Shown: positions 62,051 through 64,000 of the stretch, piece after piece | How positions within the stretch are numbered: position 1 is the first letter of the stretch | How the letters are laid out: every line of letters starts with the position of its first letter | Origin: Eledone cirrhosa | Taxonomy: Eukaryota | Direction: 5' to 3' | NCBI GenBank assembly: GCA_964016885.1 | Contig: OZ024758.1 | Span: forward strand, 13,950,001-14,014,000 | Length of the DNA: 64,000 bases | The notes under the pieces: model-generated | Told to the model about the DNA's origin: nothing | The model's database searches: none | What the model saw: only the letters and a program-made list of their open reading frames with translations | Translations under genes and position numbers: made by a program

Positions 62051-62560
62051 TCATCATCATCATCATCATCATCATTTTACGTCCGCTTTTCCCTGCTTGC
62101 AAGGGTGGGACGGGTCTTATTCAGCACAGCATCTCTCCACTCGTCACGGTCCCTCGTCATCTCCACCGTGAGCTTCAATGATCTGAGGTCTGTTCTCACC
62201 ACCTCCGCCCATATTTTTCGTGGTCTACCTCTACCACGTCTTCCTTCAACTGGCATTTCCTGGCACTTCTTCACCCATCGGTCATCCTCCATGCGCATCT
62301 CACATGTCCATACCACCTCAGTCTCCTCTCCCGTACACTACATTCTATCCCTCTCAGACACAGTTTCTCTCTCAACACATTTATGCTGGGTCGTTCACGC
62401 ACATTTACACTGCACATCCAACGGAGCATGCTTGCCTCATTTCTCTCCAGCCGTCGCATATCCTCTGCGGTTGCTGCCCATGTCTCACTACCATGCAGCA
62501 TCGCGCTCCTCACACAGGCATCATACAACCGGCCTTTCGTACGCAGGGAGAAACCCTTCT
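62051..62560 (-). mobile_element. RTE-clade LINE 3' fragment (longest copy), frameshifted
   Basis: YDACVRSAMLHGSETW...LERNEASMLRWMC...RERRLRWYGHV / RMEDDRWVKKC...GRRGRGRPRKIW...DRDEWR, with a (GAT)n tail. Confidence 0.9.
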
Positions 62561-63347
62561 TCTAAAATATTATTTTCAAATAGTTTTGAAAATAAAAAGT
62601 CGAAGGGATTTAGTAATATAGTTCTAAGTTCAAATCCCGCCGAGGTTAGCTTTGCCTTTCATCCTTACGGGGTCAATAAAATGAAGTGCTGGGGGGTCAA
62701 TTTAATCGACTTCTCCTTTCCGTTCAGGCTGCTGGCTTTGAGCCAGAAACAAGTATAAAACTGGTGTTTAAACACAACTTAACGATTCTTACATGAAATT
62801 ATAATGGCAGGCTTTTAAATGAATACAAACATGTTAAAATAAACAGCTTTGTATGGTAGAACCAGGAATGGTTTCAGGCAGTCTGGTAACAAAAGGGTTA
62901 CATAGCATAACATACAGACATATGTTTGTGTGTACAGCAAGGAGAATAAATGTGTATACATATTTACACATCAGTATATGCATGTAGAGTCATGTAAGAC
63001 ATTCTGTACTTATTGTCATGCCATGAGGTATTCTAATTTCTACATCAATGCACATATTCTCACTGCTGCACACTAACTCATGCAAAAGTAACTGTTAAAT
63101 ATACACATACATACATACAATTCTGCAACCTATATACACTCGTTCTGTATATACGCTCTCACCTTAATTTATATATAAATATGCACAGCCATATGCTTCA
63201 TAAAGTTTACATTTACTCTCTTTTCTGAATGAATAAACACTGTCATACTTATGTGTGTGTGTGTGTGTGTGTGTGTGTACACATATACACACATACATGC
63301 ATACACACACACACACAAGTTTTTAGAGGAGTATATATATGTGTGTG

Positions 63348-63402
<55 letters not shown>

Positions 63403-63589
63403 ATGAAATTATTGTGTAGTGTTCAGGTGTACTATAACTCATATATATATATGTGTGTGTGTGTGTGTGTATGTATATTATGTTTACTATATGAACACAT
63501 GCACACACACATATACACACACACACATACACACACACAGTCTCACAAGCCTTCTTTATGAAACTCTCTCTTTTTCTCTCTCATATACA

Positions 63590-63890
63590 CGCAATTCACA
63601 CACACACCTTCTTCCACACACACACACCATCTTCCACACACACACGCACCATCTTCCACACACACACACACCTTCTTCCACACACACACACCATCTTCCA
63701 CACACACACGCACACCATCTTCCACACACACCATCTTCCACACACACCATCTTCCACACACACCATCTTCCACACACACCTTCTTCCATACACACACACA
63801 CACATCTTCTTCCACACACACATACCTTCCACACACATACACCTTCCACACACACAAACATTCTTCCACACACACCTTCTTCCACACAAA
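63590..63890. repeat. (CA)n-linked catcttccac minisatellite
   Basis: Direct reading. Confidence 0.85.
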
Positions 63891-64000
63891 CTTAGTCTGT
63901 ATGTGATATGTGTAAGTGTTCATGTATTTGTGTGTGTATGTGTTAAGGTGTGCATGTGTGTTTGCTATTAGGAGTTAAGGTTATTTGTCTGTATGTATTG

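Overview
Eukaryotic animal genomic DNA, AT-rich and dominated by repeats. The SINE/LINE families and the extreme microsatellite load resemble an octopod cephalopod, which is an inference. The only convincing host coding sequence is one 169-bp GT-AG exon (52602-52770, +) encoding the N-terminal part of a SOCS6/7-type SH2 domain, best resembling SOCS7, so much of the window is probably large intron or flank of that gene. Almost all ORFs in the track are microsatellite or tandem-repeat artefacts. The rest consists of two tRNA-derived SINE families, RTE- and CR1-type LINE 3' fragments, a TTAA-flanked piggyBac-type MITE family, Penelope-like element (PLE) remnants and many minisatellites. Three patterns stand out. 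(1) There are multiple minimal type-I hammerhead ribozyme (HHR) motifs, including three identical ones in a perfect 3 x 145-bp tandem array (34677-35112) with retrozyme-like architecture, plus relatives whose palindromic stem III covaries. (2) Several near-perfect fold-back hairpins are built from HHR/PLE ends. (3) Internal segments of three different transposon classes have repeatedly been converted into locus-specific tandem arrays (72-bp MITE, 123-bp RTE, 165-bp SINE). All calls were read by eye, with no database search or folding run.
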